Positions 23,683-35,617 of a DNA stretch of 64,000 bases are shown one piece after another; the stretch's first letter is position 1, and the number at the start of each line of letters is the position of its first letter. Origin of the DNA: Nitrosopumilus sp. (GTDB lineage Archaea; Thermoproteota; Nitrososphaeria; Nitrososphaerales; Nitrosopumilaceae); assembly GCA_965207445.1 (NCBI GenBank), contig CBDBLX010000002.1:1175849-1239848 (forward strand), read 5' to 3'. The notes under the pieces are model-generated. The model did not search any database. It had not been told where the DNA came from and saw only the letters and a program-made list of their open reading frames with translations. A program made the translations under genes and the position numbers.

Positions 23683-26061
23683 AGATGTTATGCATAATCA
23701 AACCGGAGAACGGCAATCAAAAAATATCACGCCTGAGTTAGTGACTAAATGATCTTGTAAATTACGTAAACATTAAAACTTCCAAAGTCAGATAAATATA
23801 TTTATATATATTTATTCGGGTAGATTTGCAGATATGTGGCCGTATTGTAGCCGCATAGTAGCCGCATAGTAGCCGCATAGTAGCCGCATAGTAGCCGCAT
23901 AGTAGCCGCATTGTACGCAAAATTTCCGATATGTGTAAGAAGATCGGTGTGATAGTGATCATGATATTGAATGGTACAATGATATGTGTAAAAGAGACTG
24001 TCGGCATGATGGGCGTGCGCCACACGTAGATACTCGTAGTGCGCAGACATTGGGGGCAATGCATGCTGACTGTGTATATTTTGATCGTGCGGCCGGTGTG
24101 TGATACCGGCCATATGTTAGCGACGTTTATCGTATGTTGGTAGGCCTAGCTTCGAGGCCCAATAGTCGTATGTACCGGTACGTAGCATGTGTCGAAGGTT
24201 GGCCAATCCACAGGCAACGTTAAACTCTTTGTTGAACTCGTCTAGACTGCCGTTGTATATCTCAGATACGCGCCTAAAGTGCTTGGCTGCACAGATTGCA
24301 TTTTCTACTTTAACGCGTATTTTGCTCAATTCTCGATTGTACTCTTTTTGCTCGGGTGTGATTTTCATCGTCTTTGAGTTCTTAAACGGGTAGTGAACAT
24401 CTGCTGCCGGTATGTCTTGTTTTAATCCCTGAAATCCCGAATCGCCCAGAACTCTTGTCTTGTTTGATGGTGGATCTCCGAGGAGTCTTTCTAGGTCGTG
24501 CATGGCCTCGAGTCTTCTAGATGCATCAAGTACGGACCGCTTTTGTTCAGATTTTTTAGTAGATTCAAGCGCGACCAGCCCGCAGAGTATCCTTATCTCT
24601 GTTTCTTTAGATGAGAACTCTGATGACTCTTCTTGCAGATGTTTGTTTTGGGTTGTTTGTGTGCAGTCGTCTACTGTAGTTGCAGATGCTTGGGCTTTTT
24701 CTTCAAAGTGAACTGTTTGGTTCTCTGTATCTGCCTGTTCTGATTGCTGTTTTTGGTTCTCTGTATCTGCCTGTTCTGATTGCTGTTTTTGGTTCTCTGT
24801 ATCTGCCTGTTCTGATTGCTGTTTTTGGTTCTCTGTATCTGCCTGTTCTGATTGCTGTTTTTGGTTCTCTGTATCTGCCTGTTCTGATTGCTGTTTTTGG
24901 TTCTCTGTATCTGCCTGTTCTGATTGCTGTTTTTGGTTCTCTGTATTGTTGAGTTTGCCTTGAAGCATCTTGCCAAATTGGCCCATACCTTCTAGAAAAT
25001 CCCGCGTTATTGCAATGTCATGGACTCGACCGTTGTATGTTTTGCTTGCTCCTAGTATCAGGCCGTCTGCTGATGTCATTATGACCGTGTTTCCACTGGG
25101 ATACTTTTTCTTGTATGATATCATAGAATCTCGCAGTTCTGCCTTGAGGGGCCTTGCAAATCGCACGTGTGTTCCATCAAATATCACAACTGACTCACCT
25201 GTATCATCTGGGAATAACCTTGCAAATTCTTTGGCAGTGCCAATCTCTTTTATAAGATTCATAATTTTTTTAGGAGTTGGCAGCGTCTCTGCAAGTATGC
25301 GATCGGCAAGTATCAAATATCTGGATACAGTTGACTGGTTTATACCAAACAGGTCTCCCAACGTCCCTTCACTTTCGTTGCGATATTTGCGTATGAGTGC
25401 CAGAACCATGATGTAAAATGGCTCTAGTTTGCACCTGTTGCCTGGCGCAGAACCTCTTGCAGGATCATTGCGTACCATTGGAATGTTGTTTTGTTTGTCT
25501 GCTGCCACGTCTGCCATAGGCCTCGGACCGCGCTTTCCTGCGCGCGCCAATTTGGATTCACGTCTTCGTGCAATTTCTGCGCGCTCCATTTCCTCCCATC
25601 GCTCAGAAAAAGAGGTCCAAATCAGATCAAGTCCACGCTTGTCAAATCCCGTCCACCTGCGCGCGCTTTGATCAGAAGACAGTATCTTTTCAATAAATCG
25701 TACCCAATAATTATCTCTGTGAGTGACGCCTCTGTTCACTTTTTGCACTTTGGACATTTCGCGATCGATCACACCCATTAACTTTTGCCACTCATCTGAA
25801 TCCAGATAGATTGTATCAAAAGTGTCACTATCGCGCCCATCACACGATATCGCAGAATCTAAGTTAGATTTCATACAATCATTTATAGGCCCATATATTT
25901 AGATCTTTTTATGAACATATATTATTAATTAATTAATCATATATAATTATCAATACTGGCAGGTTTTTTGTTATAAATGCATTTAAGCTTAAATATATGA
26001 TCTTATCAGTCATACCTAATATAGTCATAAAAATTTGATTGTGTCATTGTGCATAACATCT
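23683..26061 (-). mobile_element. IS5/PIF-Harbinger-like IS, copy 3 (inverted)
   Basis: Same TIRs, ATT on both flanks. Confidence 0.95.
24117..25874 (-). CDS. DDE_Tnp_4-type transposase with 6 x 12-aa repeats
   Basis: Near-identical paralog; unit TENQKQQSEQAD. Confidence 0.92.
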   Translation of the reverse strand: MKSNLDSAISCDGRDSDTFDTIYLDSDEWQKLMGVIDREMSKVQKVNRGVTHRDNYWVRFIEKILSSDQSARRWTGFDKRGLDLIWTSFSERWEEMERAEIARRRESKLARAGKRGPRPMADVAADKQNNIPMVRNDPARGSAPGNRCKLEPFYIMVLALIRKYRNESEGTLGDLFGINQSTVSRYLILADRILAETLPTPKKIMNLIKEIGTAKEFARLFPDDTGESVVIFDGTHVRFARPLKAELRDSMISYKKKYPSGNTVIMTSADGLILGASKTYNGRVHDIAITRDFLEGMGQFGKMLQGKLNNTENQKQQSEQADTENQKQQSEQADTENQKQQSEQADTENQKQQSEQADTENQKQQSEQADTENQKQQSEQADTENQTVHFEEKAQASATTVDDCTQTTQNKHLQEESSEFSSKETEIRILCGLVALESTKKSEQKRSVLDASRRLEAMHDLERLLGDPPSNKTRVLGDSGFQGLKQDIPAADVHYPFKNSKTMKITPEQKEYNRELSKIRVKVENAICAAKHFRRVSEIYNGSLDEFNKEFNVACGLANLRHMLRTGTYDYWASKLGLPTYDKRR

Positions 26062-26066
26062 ATTGC

Positions 26067-26400
26067 ATTCTTATAGTGATGTTCATAAATTCTGGCACAA
26101 CGAAAAAATTACACAAAGTAATTTTTAACAGACACCGTTACATAGAAATGCTCAGTGATTTAGATTTGGTATATTTTTTAAAATATAGTGTCAAAAAAAT
26201 GTGGTGTCGGGACTCTATGACATACATGTGCGCTAACATGTTGTGACGGGACATTAAACATAGAGATGGCAGACTGGCACTTTTAGCCTTCCACTGTATT
26301 TGTCTGCTTTGGAACCAGCAGTGCTGGAATTTGCCTTTAAAAATGGGCAGATGAGGCTTTTTGGCGGCCGGCACTTTTAAAACTTTTTAAATTTACTCAA
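26067..26400. repeat. ~330-bp dispersed repeat (inverted copy about 33865-34187)
   Basis: Shared TGTGACGGGACATTAAACATAGAGATG, GGCGGCCGG..CTTTTAAAAC, ATGTTCATAAATTCT.GCACAACGAAAAAATTA. Confidence 0.8.
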
Positions 26401-27217
26401 ATATATGATTACCAACAAACTTGCACACAGCGTTTAGGTGGGTCGTTTTGCCAGCAGTATTCTGACTGCATCATCAACTGCTCACTTGAGTACACTCTTA
26501 CATATTTTACCGGATTCCGATACAGATATCCAGTAGGACCTCAAGATGATAATGCCACGCGTTCTAAAGAAATCTTGTGCATTTTTTAAAGTGTGTCACG
26601 GCGCCTTGTCAAGCACTATTACCATCTTTCTAATTGTTGTAGATGTTCTCAACATGCTCTAAAAAAGTATCCTCATTTACCTTGCACCAATAGTTGAAAA
26701 ATACAGTCCATTCATAGTCATATCATACAACATAGAAAAACGCTGATGTCCACCCCCACCCACACCCACAATGTAATTATTCATATGTCAACTAGTTCAG
26801 AATTATTTTAAAAGAGTAGAGTTCAAAGTGTGACTCGTCCATATTGTCTTTTCATATCTGTGTCTATTATACACAATGTTGTCTTGAGCAGGCATCGTCT
26901 CCACCCCCACACAGATTTCATCGATTCCCTGTTTATCATATACGTGGATGACTCATCTTGCGCAAATACCTTTATCATCTTGGCATATTGCCTTGTCTGT
27001 TGCAAGATGTGCATCACACTTGACATTTCTTCTAATTTGTCAGAGTTCAGATGATGGTGTAAATGCCACTATCTGTCCTTCCTCAATACATGGCGATAAT
27101 AATGACACATCTCATATCCACAAATTACTTGGATATAGAGGTGACCTACTTTTGGGACCACATAAACTCCGGATTGTAGTGTGCGTACTTATATAACACA
27201 GGATGTAAAAACATGCA

Positions 27218-28246
27218 ATGGTTACAAAACGAACAAAGACAGTCTTGTTTACCACTTTGACTGCGGTTATGACTCTACCTTTTGTCGTGGCCGATACTTC
27301 GGCAACACAGGTAACGGACGTCGAAGCTTCCAAAAGCAAACTTCCATCTGACGCATTACTAGAAAAAGATGACAGTTGGCGACAGAAATACACTAACAGT
27401 GACGAATTTGGCAAAATAGACAAATTAGTCCGCGCATATGTAAATGACACTCATCCGAACAATCAGTGGAATGAGAAAACAAAAAAGAACGAGATCAGAA
27501 TTTACAATTTTGATGCAATAGCAGGGAAAAAAGAAGCAGGACTGCACGCATTGTTAGTTAATGTCGCTGAACAAAAAACAAACAGAACGTATGAACCAAC
27601 AGACGCCGAACGAAAATTCCATGAATGGGCGTCTAAGAGAGTCCATAATCCCACTAAGCCTGATGTCGATGCCAAATTAATTGAACAAGTCATAGAAGCG
27701 TATAATACCAATATTAATCACGGACATGTGCCTTTTGATCTATTGAATGAAGATTCAGACTTTTGGGGCAAGGTCATGACGGACACAATATGTAGCCTCT
27801 ACGTCGAGTGCATCTCAGATGCGGTGACTGACAACACAAATGGACCAGATTGTACGATCATACCATGCGCCGATGCACACCACCAATCTGCCCACCACTA
27901 TCTGTCAATCAGTGTAGAACCGTACTCCTGTTATGAGGGAACAGGTTGTATGTATACTGGCTATACAACGGGTACTGGCACATTAGCGGTATCTCTTGGT
28001 GGTGTGAAGCATACAAACACTCCAAAACTCGAGTATACCGTAAACCTTGCCAGTGGCACAAGCGTCTATGTTGTAGCTACGGGCACTCTCACTGTGGGGT
28101 GGACTGATGACAACATAGATCCAGTTGCAGGTGTTACTTTTGCATATGTCAGTGACTCTCATTATGTTAAAGGTGTAACCTGTGGTAGTGAACATTGCGG
28201 CACATACGCCTTTGTGGCCGAATCTAATTCCTACATTATACACTAG
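27218..28246 (+). CDS. Secreted hypothetical protein, Cys-containing C-terminal domain
   Basis: N-terminus TKTVLFTTLTAVMTLPF is signal-like. Confidence 0.75.
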   Translation: MVTKRTKTVLFTTLTAVMTLPFVVADTSATQVTDVEASKSKLPSDALLEKDDSWRQKYTNSDEFGKIDKLVRAYVNDTHPNNQWNEKTKKNEIRIYNFDAIAGKKEAGLHALLVNVAEQKTNRTYEPTDAERKFHEWASKRVHNPTKPDVDAKLIEQVIEAYNTNINHGHVPFDLLNEDSDFWGKVMTDTICSLYVECISDAVTDNTNGPDCTIIPCADAHHQSAHHYLSISVEPYSCYEGTGCMYTGYTTGTGTLAVSLGGVKHTNTPKLEYTVNLASGTSVYVVATGTLTVGWTDDNIDPVAGVTFAYVSDSHYVKGVTCGSEHCGTYAFVAESNSYIIH

Positions 28247-28268
28247 TATATCTCATGTTTGTATGGCT

Positions 28269-28835
28269 ATGAATATATGGATTTTTATTATTTCAGTAAT
28301 TGCCGTCTTTTCTCTTTTAGTTGCACTACACTTTGAAAATATGTCCAATTATTACATATATGTAAATCCCATCCAAAGCGCCAAAATTTTTGATGAGTTC
28401 CCATATCCAGAGATATTTAAAACTTCAGGGGAACAACGTCATGCCATTCCTATACATGCTATTGAATACGTTACAGAAAACAACACCATAACCGTCACAT
28501 TTGGTGGCGGGAAAAGCTTTAGTGAGAATTATGATAGCATACCAACATTTTCCTATACGCAGAATTTTCATGTAAATCAGACTTTTGCATTTCGCTGTAT
28601 CGAACGTCATGATTTTACTTATCTAGAATTTTATAAATATTTGGGCATAAGAATGATTTTTGGTGAACCGCGCATAGTTTTGTGGTATATAGCGGGAGAA
28701 ACCCACCGGGCTATGCCATGTAATTATCCAGAAGTGATTGTACATTCTATTGATCTTATCGATCATGATCATCATGAAAGTTTGGATCGGTGGGCGGCAA
28801 AGTTTTGGAATCCATCTGTAACCTGGCACCCATGA
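28269..28835 (+). CDS. Membrane-anchored hypothetical protein
   Basis: MNIWIFIISVIAVFSLLVAL anchor; follows the upstream gene closely. Confidence 0.7.
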   Translation: MNIWIFIISVIAVFSLLVALHFENMSNYYIYVNPIQSAKIFDEFPYPEIFKTSGEQRHAIPIHAIEYVTENNTITVTFGGGKSFSENYDSIPTFSYTQNFHVNQTFAFRCIERHDFTYLEFYKYLGIRMIFGEPRIVLWYIAGETHRAMPCNYPEVIVHSIDLIDHDHHESLDRWAAKFWNPSVTWHP

Positions 28836-29192
28836 ATTTAAGCTGATTGTCTGTCAGGACAGTATTCCACTCGTATGTACTTTCTTCAAAACAGTGATCA
28901 GGATTGATGATGACTACGACAAGTAGATTTTTCTTGTCACGTCTGCAATGTATTTTATATAATTTTATTTGAATAATTTACAATGTCGTTGAACGTTAAT
29001 AATCTACTTGATCAGATCAAATAGTAAATATAATGTATGGGAATATTTTAATATCTCTGAACACATATAAAAAATTATATATTAAAACATCAATATAACT
29101 TAGGACAAGAAAATTACAAAGTTTTACAAAAACGATTCGTCGATCTTGTATTAAAGATATCGACCACATATAACAGCAAGTATGATGTGGAT

Positions 29193-29274
29193 GTAACCTT
29201 TCAACCCCTTTCCCAAATTTAGGCACAAATTCATTGTCTAACGTCTGGCGCAGGTACAGGGATTGAACGGTTAC
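29193..29274 (+). mobile_element. 81-bp IS66-type MITE
   Basis: GTAACCTTTCAAC...ATTGAACGGTTAC. Confidence 0.9.
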
Positions 29275-29489
29275 AAATACTACCGCGGCGATGGGTGGAG
29301 GAGAAGGGGATTTATCATATTATAAGGCGATCCTTTCGGGTTCTTACCACTTGGTGGCTACCACCGGTAACATGTTACCATGTAGGACCGTACACTTATT
29401 ACTCAACACTTAGATTTATGTTATTCTAGATGTGGGGTTTAAAAGTACGAATACATGGCCGAGAGTGTAAAATTTGATACATATAGCGA

Positions 29490-29665
29490 CGCTCATAAAT
29501 CTTAACACAGATCAAAGTCACGGATCTGTTGCAAATAATATATGATCATTTTTATATGTGCATGGCATGGCCGCAAGAAATGCGGCGCGTAACTGCCCCT
29601 CTAGGGAAAAGTCAAAAAATATTCATTTCTAGTTACAGTATACAAAAAATTAAACAACTAAAAAT
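29490..29665. repeat. ~170-bp dispersed repeat (second copy about 39160-39328)
   Basis: Shared AAAGTCACG, TGATCATTTTTA, GGCGCGTAACT, GAAAAGTCAAAAA, TAGTTACA. Confidence 0.7.
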
Positions 29666-29882
29666 ATGCAGGTCCAAAAAGATGGGGCGCATTACACGCA
29701 GGCTTTAATGTTGATTGTAATTTATCTGAGATTTTGCATTTTCTGATACTGAATACACCTTTAGTTGCGACTGACGCATAGTAGTTTCATTAAAGATCCG
29801 ATGGTTTTCTAATATTTTGTATTCATAATACATGCTCAACTTCGAGATGAATATCAATCAAAATATCGGATCTTTAATCACA

Positions 29883-30080
29883 TCAGTAACCACCCATAAC
29901 ATCGTCCAAGGAGATCTTCCGGATGTCTGCCTGCATGAATCCTGATCCCGGATTGTTGCACTCGTAGGTTTTCTTGGTGGTTTCGTCCATGTCCACGCCC
30001 CTGACTACGCGTATCCCTGCGTCTATCAGACCGCGCGTCAGGCCACCGGCGCCGCAGAACAGATCGATGTATACGATCAT
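29883..30080 (-). pseudogene. dcm: C5 cytosine methyltransferase, N-terminal fragment
   Basis: IDLFCGAGG...G...AG......VD....TY..N...DI; cut by the hairpin element. Confidence 0.88.
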
Positions 30081-30104
30081 ACTATAACCTCTGTTGCAGC
30101 ATTT

Positions 30105-30280
30105 ATTTTACCAACACCGCTTTCGCGTCATCCGCCTCGTGCTCCCACACTTCGACCACCGCAACACCGCTTGTCTCTAACGCTTTCTTAACTTTATCAC
30201 GGCGCCTTCGGTTGCCATCTATCTTGGAGCGTCAAAAATCGATATTGGTCTGCGGCATGTTACGGCAGATCGGACATGCC
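30105..30280 (-). pseudogene. vsr: Vsr very-short-patch endonuclease remnant
   Basis: My translation CPICRNMPQTNIDF*RSKIDGNRRRD...L...G..VVEVWEHE; adjacent to dcm. Confidence 0.75.
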
Positions 30281-30436
30281 TGTCTTACACGCGCGGTCGC
30301 ATCACGGACGTTGCTTCTATGGGGAGTCTACTAGTGCTAGGATATGGCCCACACATTGCAGTCTGAAACCTGTTGACAAAAGGCACTCCAGATCTGGATG
30401 AACCTCGTTATATAACGCAAGATACAAGCAAGTGCA

Positions 30437-31302
30437 ATGATTGCAAAAAGTACGAAAACTACACTGTTCGCCACCTTGATTAGTGCAACGATCTCGTCGT
30501 TTGGACTAAACGATACACTTGCTTTGTGCCAGCTTGGCAAGAACACGAGCAGTGATTTAAAAGACGCAAAAATATTCCGCGGCTCAAAGGCAAGAAACGT
30601 TCTATTCCTGACGGTCATAGGCACAGGCTTGTTAATAATGATCGGAGAAGTTGATGCCGTATCTGCATGTTATCTTTCGAGCCACTACTATCCTAATGGT
30701 ATGCCCAATGGTATGTCTGGCCCTGATTTACCGGTGACAGAGGAGAGTATGGTGTGAAGAGTACAATGAATACTGTCGAAATATCAGACGACGACGACGG
30801 CCTAAACAACTTCGTTGTCCACGCCCAGTGGATAGTACATAGTTCAGGAAAATGGGTTGAGATCGGAATCATACAGGGTGACTTTCCCGGATGCCCGACA
30901 TTGGCCGAATACACCAAAAAATATTATTGGACATCCTGGGATGGCACCTACGATTCCAATGGCGAGCTTGTGGTTGAGGGCGTGTGTGTGTCGACTCCAT
31001 CTGTAGGATCGGCTACGATGGAACTGTCCGATACCAACAAGGATGACGATTGGATATACAAGGTTGGGTCAACTACAATAAACACTGAAACGAATGACCT
31101 CAGAAAGGGGTACGTGCAAATTGGCGGAGAGTCAACGGATGCAGACAATACTCTTGACGGTGACTTTAGCTCGTTAAAGTACTATGATACTGCGTGGCGT
31201 ACATGGACACATCACAGAGACCAGATTATCGGATCCGGGCTGGACATTGAAGAATGCTCTGCAAGCTCGGCAAATGTGGGAGATGATCCGTCATGCAGCT
31301 AA
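30437..31302 (+). pseudogene. Secreted beta-rich protein, possibly neprosin-like, frameshifted near 30700-30730
   Basis: Signal-like leader; WVEIG...W....QIGGE pattern in 30754-31302. Confidence 0.45.
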
Positions 31303-31850
31303 ATCTGGTTCTTCTCGCAATAGCCGCAGTGGTTGCTCTAGGTGCGTTAGTTGGTACAATACCCGGCGAGAATACAATACAAAGGGAGGAAATCACCGAC
31401 TTTTCTTACCTCCCAATGCCCACACTGCCCAGCGCCAAAGTATTAGACGGTGTTGCTTCCGCCGAGTCAATACAAAACTCAGAGTATGCAACAGAGCTTG
31501 CAGGCGGCCATAGTCTGGTATCTGTCAAGCGGGATATATTCTACGGCGAAACCACCCTGTTCTATGCAACCCCTGAAGTACGAGAAACCATTACCAACGA
31601 CGACTCCATCCAAGATCTAGTCAAAAAAGGTGTAATTGTCTTCGACTATGAAAAAATTGATAATTTAGAAGCTAGGACTTTAGACGATGCATCAATTTTC
31701 ATGACTAGAAATTCCAACCCCGTTTATACGGATTCCGGCCTGAATGGCGAATATCTCACAATTGCCTACTTTGATGAGAATATCCGGCTGTCGGTCTATG
31801 GCAATGGTTCAATTGATCTCAGAGCATTGATAAAATCTTTGGATCTTTAA
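31293..31850 (+). CDS. Membrane-anchored hypothetical protein
   Basis: Hydrophobic N-terminus; overlaps the upstream stop; T-run after the stop. Confidence 0.7.
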   Translation: MQLNLVLLAIAAVVALGALVGTIPGENTIQREEITDFSYLPMPTLPSAKVLDGVASAESIQNSEYATELAGGHSLVSVKRDIFYGETTLFYATPEVRETITNDDSIQDLVKKGVIVFDYEKIDNLEARTLDDASIFMTRNSNPVYTDSGLNGEYLTIAYFDENIRLSVYGNGSIDLRALIKSLDL

Positions 31851-32247
31851 TTTTTTTTACTTCAATTTTGGCGCTATCCCGTCGTATGCCACCTTGCGCA
31901 GACAACGCGTGGTTTCATACGTGTGGGGCGGTTGGCCCGTCCAAGACGCCCAGACCGTATCGCATCAACTAGTATACGATATCATGCGATAAATATTTTT
32001 GAAGTCTGTCTTGATAAGTTTAAAATTCAAAACACGAGAACAGTCTGTTTGAGAACGACTCTAGAAAGACTGGAACTCTACCTCTGCTTCTCTGAGACTG
32101 TTCTTCCTCCTACAATAATGATTGAATCTTAAAATCATTTCTTCGAAAAGAGATGGTATGATTGTTTGGTATTGCTTATTTTGATTTTTATATATTCTTA
32201 TAATGTATTAATTGTGTAAAAGGTCTAATGTTACATGCAGTGACAAT

Positions 32248-33504
32248 CTAAACACTTGTTATCTTTTCTATTCGTATCTTTTTTGGAATGTTATCTGATA
32301 CTTCTTCGACTGTTATCTGTACACAGTCTACCTTTATCTTGTCACCTTTTTTTGGTATATCTTGCAATTGCTCATGAAGTAATCCATTGAGTGATGCATA
32401 ATCGTCTCCTTCTGGTATTTCAGAGTGAAATATGCCATTTATTGTGTCGATTTCTATGTCACCATTTGTGATTATTGTATTATCGTCTATTTTATCATAT
32501 TCTAAACTACGTGTCTCATCTGATTCGTCTTCTATCTCACCTACAATCTCCTCTAAGAGATCTTCTAGTGTGACTAGTCCTTCAACTCCGCCATACTCAT
32601 CTACGACTATGGCAATATGAATCTGTGTACTTTTCATCTTGCGTAAAAGTGAACTAATTGATTTTTCCTGAGATGCAAATATCGGCTTTCTTGCCATGGT
32701 ATCTAATCGAACCATTTTGTCGTCTTTTTCCAACTCTTGTAAAACATCGCGTACATGAACAAATCCGACTATCTCATCAAGTGACTCACCATATATTGGA
32801 ATGCGTGAGTGCCCACTCTGATTTATCTCTGGAAGCGCTTCAAAAAGCATCATCCTAGATCGTAGTGCAAACATCTTAATTCGTGGCGTCATTACTGTTC
32901 TGATTACTTTATCATCAAAATTCAGTGCGCCGTGTAACATCTCACCTTCTTCTTTCTCTAGCGCTTTTTCTTTCATACCTTGCTCGATCACACCTCGAAT
33001 CTCCTCTGCAGTTATTGGAGGTGGTTCGTAGCTACTACCTGTTAATTTGACTACACGTTTTGTTATGGCTTCAAAAAACTTTACTATTGGATACATTGCA
33101 TAACTGAATCCTAACAATACTGGCGCGTACCGAAGTGCAATTTTAAGAGCATTAGCGTTACAGTATGTCTTTGGTGTAATCTCACCAAATATCAGTATAA
33201 GAAATGTCATTATACCTACAGCAATACCCAATCCTTCATCGCCAAATAATCTGAGTGCTACACTTGTTGCAAGCGCCGATGCACCTACATTAACTAGATT
33301 ATTTCCAAGATTGACACTAGACATCATCCATCCTGGATTGGTCTTTAAGCGATAGAGCGCCTTTGAGCCTTTTACTTTATCTTTGAACATCTGCTCTACT
33401 ACTGATATGCGAACTCCCACTAACGCAACCTCTAGTCCACTAAAGAATCCTGATAATCCCAGTAGTGATGCAAGTGCTACGATCTCTACCCAAAGTTCTA
33501 CCAT
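32248..33504 (-). CDS. CNNM(DUF21)-CBS-CorC hemolysin family protein
   Basis: SGFFSGLE, GNNLVN, FGEITPK, VMTPR, HSRIP, VDEYGG, EDLLEEIVGEI. Confidence 0.95.
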   Translation of the reverse strand: MVELWVEIVALASLLGLSGFFSGLEVALVGVRISVVEQMFKDKVKGSKALYRLKTNPGWMMSSVNLGNNLVNVGASALATSVALRLFGDEGLGIAVGIMTFLILIFGEITPKTYCNANALKIALRYAPVLLGFSYAMYPIVKFFEAITKRVVKLTGSSYEPPPITAEEIRGVIEQGMKEKALEKEEGEMLHGALNFDDKVIRTVMTPRIKMFALRSRMMLFEALPEINQSGHSRIPIYGESLDEIVGFVHVRDVLQELEKDDKMVRLDTMARKPIFASQEKSISSLLRKMKSTQIHIAIVVDEYGGVEGLVTLEDLLEEIVGEIEDESDETRSLEYDKIDDNTIITNGDIEIDTINGIFHSEIPEGDDYASLNGLLHEQLQDIPKKGDKIKVDCVQITVEEVSDNIPKKIRIEKITSV

Positions 33505-33746
33505 CTGTGTGTATTACTCCAGTTATTTTGTAATGGCACATCTGTAAATATACTGTTGTGTTGCATATGCTCCATTAAAAACTCCAACTCGTACTGTTGC
33601 AAGTATACTGTTGATAACAAACAATGAGTACAATCGTGTTGCGTTATTTTGGATATGGTGTCATGTTTCATGTTACTCTTTGACAACTATAATTGTATAA
33701 TGTGCCTAGTATATAACTTAAGTACGTGATCGTCGTAATCGTTCAG

Positions 33747-33825
33747 ATAACCGTTCAATTTTTTCCCGAATTTAAGCACAGATTTAGTCTAATGTCTAGC
33801 ACAGGCACAAGGGTTGAATGGTTAC
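33747..33825 (+). mobile_element. 81-bp IS66-type MITE (diverged)
   Basis: ATAACCGTTCAA...GTTGAATGGTTAC. Confidence 0.85.
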
Positions 33826-34446
33826 TCTAAACGTTGTGTATGAGCTTATTGATAATTACATATTTAAATGAATTTAAAAGGTTTTAAAAGCACCGGCCGC
33901 CAAAGTATCATGTGCTCATTTCTAAAGATAAATTGCAACACTGCAAATTCAAAAATAGACAAATACAGTGGTAGGCTAAAAGTACCAATCTGTCATCTCT
34001 ATGTTTAATGTCCCGTCACATGTTAGCACACATGTGAATCAGAGCCCCGGCACCACATTTTTTTGACACTTTATCTTTTAAAAAATATGACAAATCTAAA
34101 TTACTGCGCATTTCTATACAAAGATGTCTGTTAAAAATTACCTAGCATAATTTTTTCGTTGTGCTAGAATTTATGAACATTGTTATGGCGTTGACCGTCC
34201 CCACACCAAGATTGCAAAGATCTTTGAGCTTGTCTTTTACAATATATGTTCCCGAAAGCAAGCAGAGTAAGATCTTAAAGTCGTATGTAGGTGGAAAATT
34301 AACACCTCCAAAGACAAGAGCATCTTTTATGGCCTTTTCTGCAGACTACTGGCACAGCAAGCAGACAAGTTCAGATGATTCTGGTTTTGTCTCCATGTAT
34401 GAAGCGTTTTTAAGATCTTTATTTGAGAATTGCATCCATCTCAATG

Positions 34447-34782
34447 CTACTTTTTTACATTATAATTATTTTTTTCATACACTGTCCGTCCTTCCCGAAG
34501 AGCCGCATAAGTTATGGTTCCCACCACGTCACCCTCACGTTCGATCTCACCTGGGGTGACCACTATAATGTCTATACTGATTGGCATGTCATCTAATGAG
34601 TCGAGAATCTCTATTGTGGTTTGGTACTTGTTTGGAATGTGATTTAACACAACCATTAGATCCGCATCACTAAATTCAGTTGTGTTACCTCGCACCTGAG
34701 AGCCAAAAAGTATGATGCGGGTTGGATGAAACTGTGCAACTATGCGATCAACCACAGATGGTATGAGTTCAGCGGTTGTCAT
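34447..34782 (-). CDS. Minimal nucleotidyltransferase (MNT antitoxin-like)
   Basis: IILFGSQVRG....SDADL. Confidence 0.9.
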   Translation of the reverse strand: MTTAELIPSVVDRIVAQFHPTRIILFGSQVRGNTTEFSDADLMVVLNHIPNKYQTTIEILDSLDDMPISIDIIVVTPGEIEREGDVVGTITYAALREGRTVYEKNNYNVKK

Positions 34783-35221
34783 ATTGTTTCATTCCCTCAG
34801 ATGACGGTGTCAATATATTATATCTTGAAAGTTTGGAGATCTCTGGCCTGCTCTGAACCGGCGCGTTGCAATCTTGGGATTCTTGCGCATAACTCTTTTG
34901 CTTGCACATGTAATAGAGTCGATATACCAGTTCTCTGGCACTCGTTGCATCAGAATCAAGTTTGGTCATTAGGTCCGCGGCCATGACTTTGCCCTTTTCA
35001 AGCACACGTGTCATGTGATGTGTAGCCTCCCATATTGTAAATCTCTTGTCCTGTCTGGGATCCCAATCTTTTGGCAGCTCTGCTAATAGACGCGTACCTG
35101 TTTGCCTTGTATTGGGTATCTTGTAGGTAAGATCTATTGTAGTGTTACCAAACCCCTTGATGACTATGACCATTACAGGACCATCTGATGAATATAAAAT
35201 TATATTATTGTTCAGGTACAT
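34769..35221 (-). pseudogene. Chimeric remnant, copy 1 (SNF2-helicase-like N-terminus + DUF1156-like C-terminus)
   Basis: Diverged duplicate of 37506-38045. Confidence 0.55.
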
Positions 35222-35617
35222 CTTCTCTCAACATGGTTATCGCTACGCGTGAGCACACATCATAGTCATCCACATTAATCTTGATTTTTATTCCATTCTT
35301 TGATGTATGATCGTGCATATTGCAACATACTGTTATAATTTTGAACATAAAAATAATCATATTGTGATTTCCTGTAACGTTTTCACAATTGGACTTTGCT
35401 ACATGTAATTATTTCAGGCACGAAATCACAGAAATTCACTGTACCGAAACTTATGCCCGTCGCTATAGATCTTGTTTTGAATACTGCAACCATCTCGATG
35501 CAACACATTCTACATTAGAGTTAGTTTTTTTCATACATAATCTTTCCATCTTGCAGAGCTTCATAAGTTATGGTTCCTATTACATCTCCTTCACGTTCTA
35601 TCTCTTCAGGTGTAACC

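Noticed and set aside
31919..31930. CGTGTGGGGCGG also found inverted at about 40178-40189
   Set aside because: Only 12 bp, no TSD or further support
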